This document shows positions 15,593 to 15,782 of a stretch of DNA of 15,782 nucleotides, piece by piece. The stretch's first letter is position 1, and every line of letters starts with the position of its first letter. The notes beneath the pieces are model-generated. The model made no database searches. It worked only from the letters and a program-made list of their open reading frames with translations, and had not been told where the DNA came from. A program made the position numbers and the translations under genes. This stretch comes from a bacterium (lineage in GTDB: Bacteria > RBG-13-61-14 > DATKZS01), in the NCBI GenBank assembly GCA_046484135.1, contig JAWOBU010000096.1, positions 1 through 15,782 on the forward strand, read 5' to 3'.

Positions 15593-15730
15593 GTAAGAAA
15601 GGCCCGGCAAAGATGATGAAAGAGGGTTTTCAAAGCTGAGCGGGCGTGCCTGCTGAGCTGCCCGCTTGGAGGGCGGACCCATAAGCCGCGACCAAAGCCT
15701 CTTCTATAAGTTTATGGCTGTTTAATTGCC

Positions 15731-15781
15731 TTAGAAGGCCATGTTCATCTGGTGCATCATGCCGGACTCCTCCGGGCTCCA
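15731..15781 (-). CDS. C-terminal end of an upstream gene, possibly an outer-membrane beta-barrel protein
   Basis: Minus strand reads WSPEESGMMHQMNMAF-TAA with GC-rich third positions and a terminal Phe. Only 16 codons are visible. Confidence 0.4.
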   Translation of the reverse strand, partial: WSPEESGMMHQMNMAF

Positions 15782-15782
15782 G

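Noticed and set aside
15639..15668. Hairpin AGCGGGC...GCCCGCT as an intrinsic terminator
   Set aside because: Long loop and no adjacent U-tract, so the support is insufficient.

Overview
GC-rich bacterial chromosomal window. Gene content and style suggest a deltaproteobacterium-like organism (inference). From left to right: (i) about 360 bp of apparently foreign, phage-like + strand DNA, including the start of a PC4/YdbC-like gene, that runs head-on into and probably truncates a membrane glycosyltransferase; (ii) a tightly coupled minus-strand operon of two cobalamin-dependent radical SAM enzymes, a PIG-V-like and an ArnT/PMT-like GT-C glycosyltransferase, an FAD oxidoreductase and a Zn-ribbon methyltransferase; (iii) a nested palindromic repeat; (iv) rpsF-rpsR-rplI with an S6:S18-type leader and a very long acidic S6 tail, followed by a lipoprotein and an acyltransferase; (v) a split UxaA-family dehydratase; (vi) a second copy of the repeat beside an 'empty' half-unit; (vii) an AT-rich single-gene island (Zn-ribbon + CFI-box-CTERM protein) bracketed by 15-bp inverted repeats with a dif-like core; (viii) a secreted FG-GAP/VCBS protein and the tail of a probable outer-membrane protein. 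The most interesting items are the inverted-repeat-bounded island, the dual radical SAM/GT-C operon, the nested repeats and the left-end junction. All calls come from reading the sequence by eye; no searches were run.
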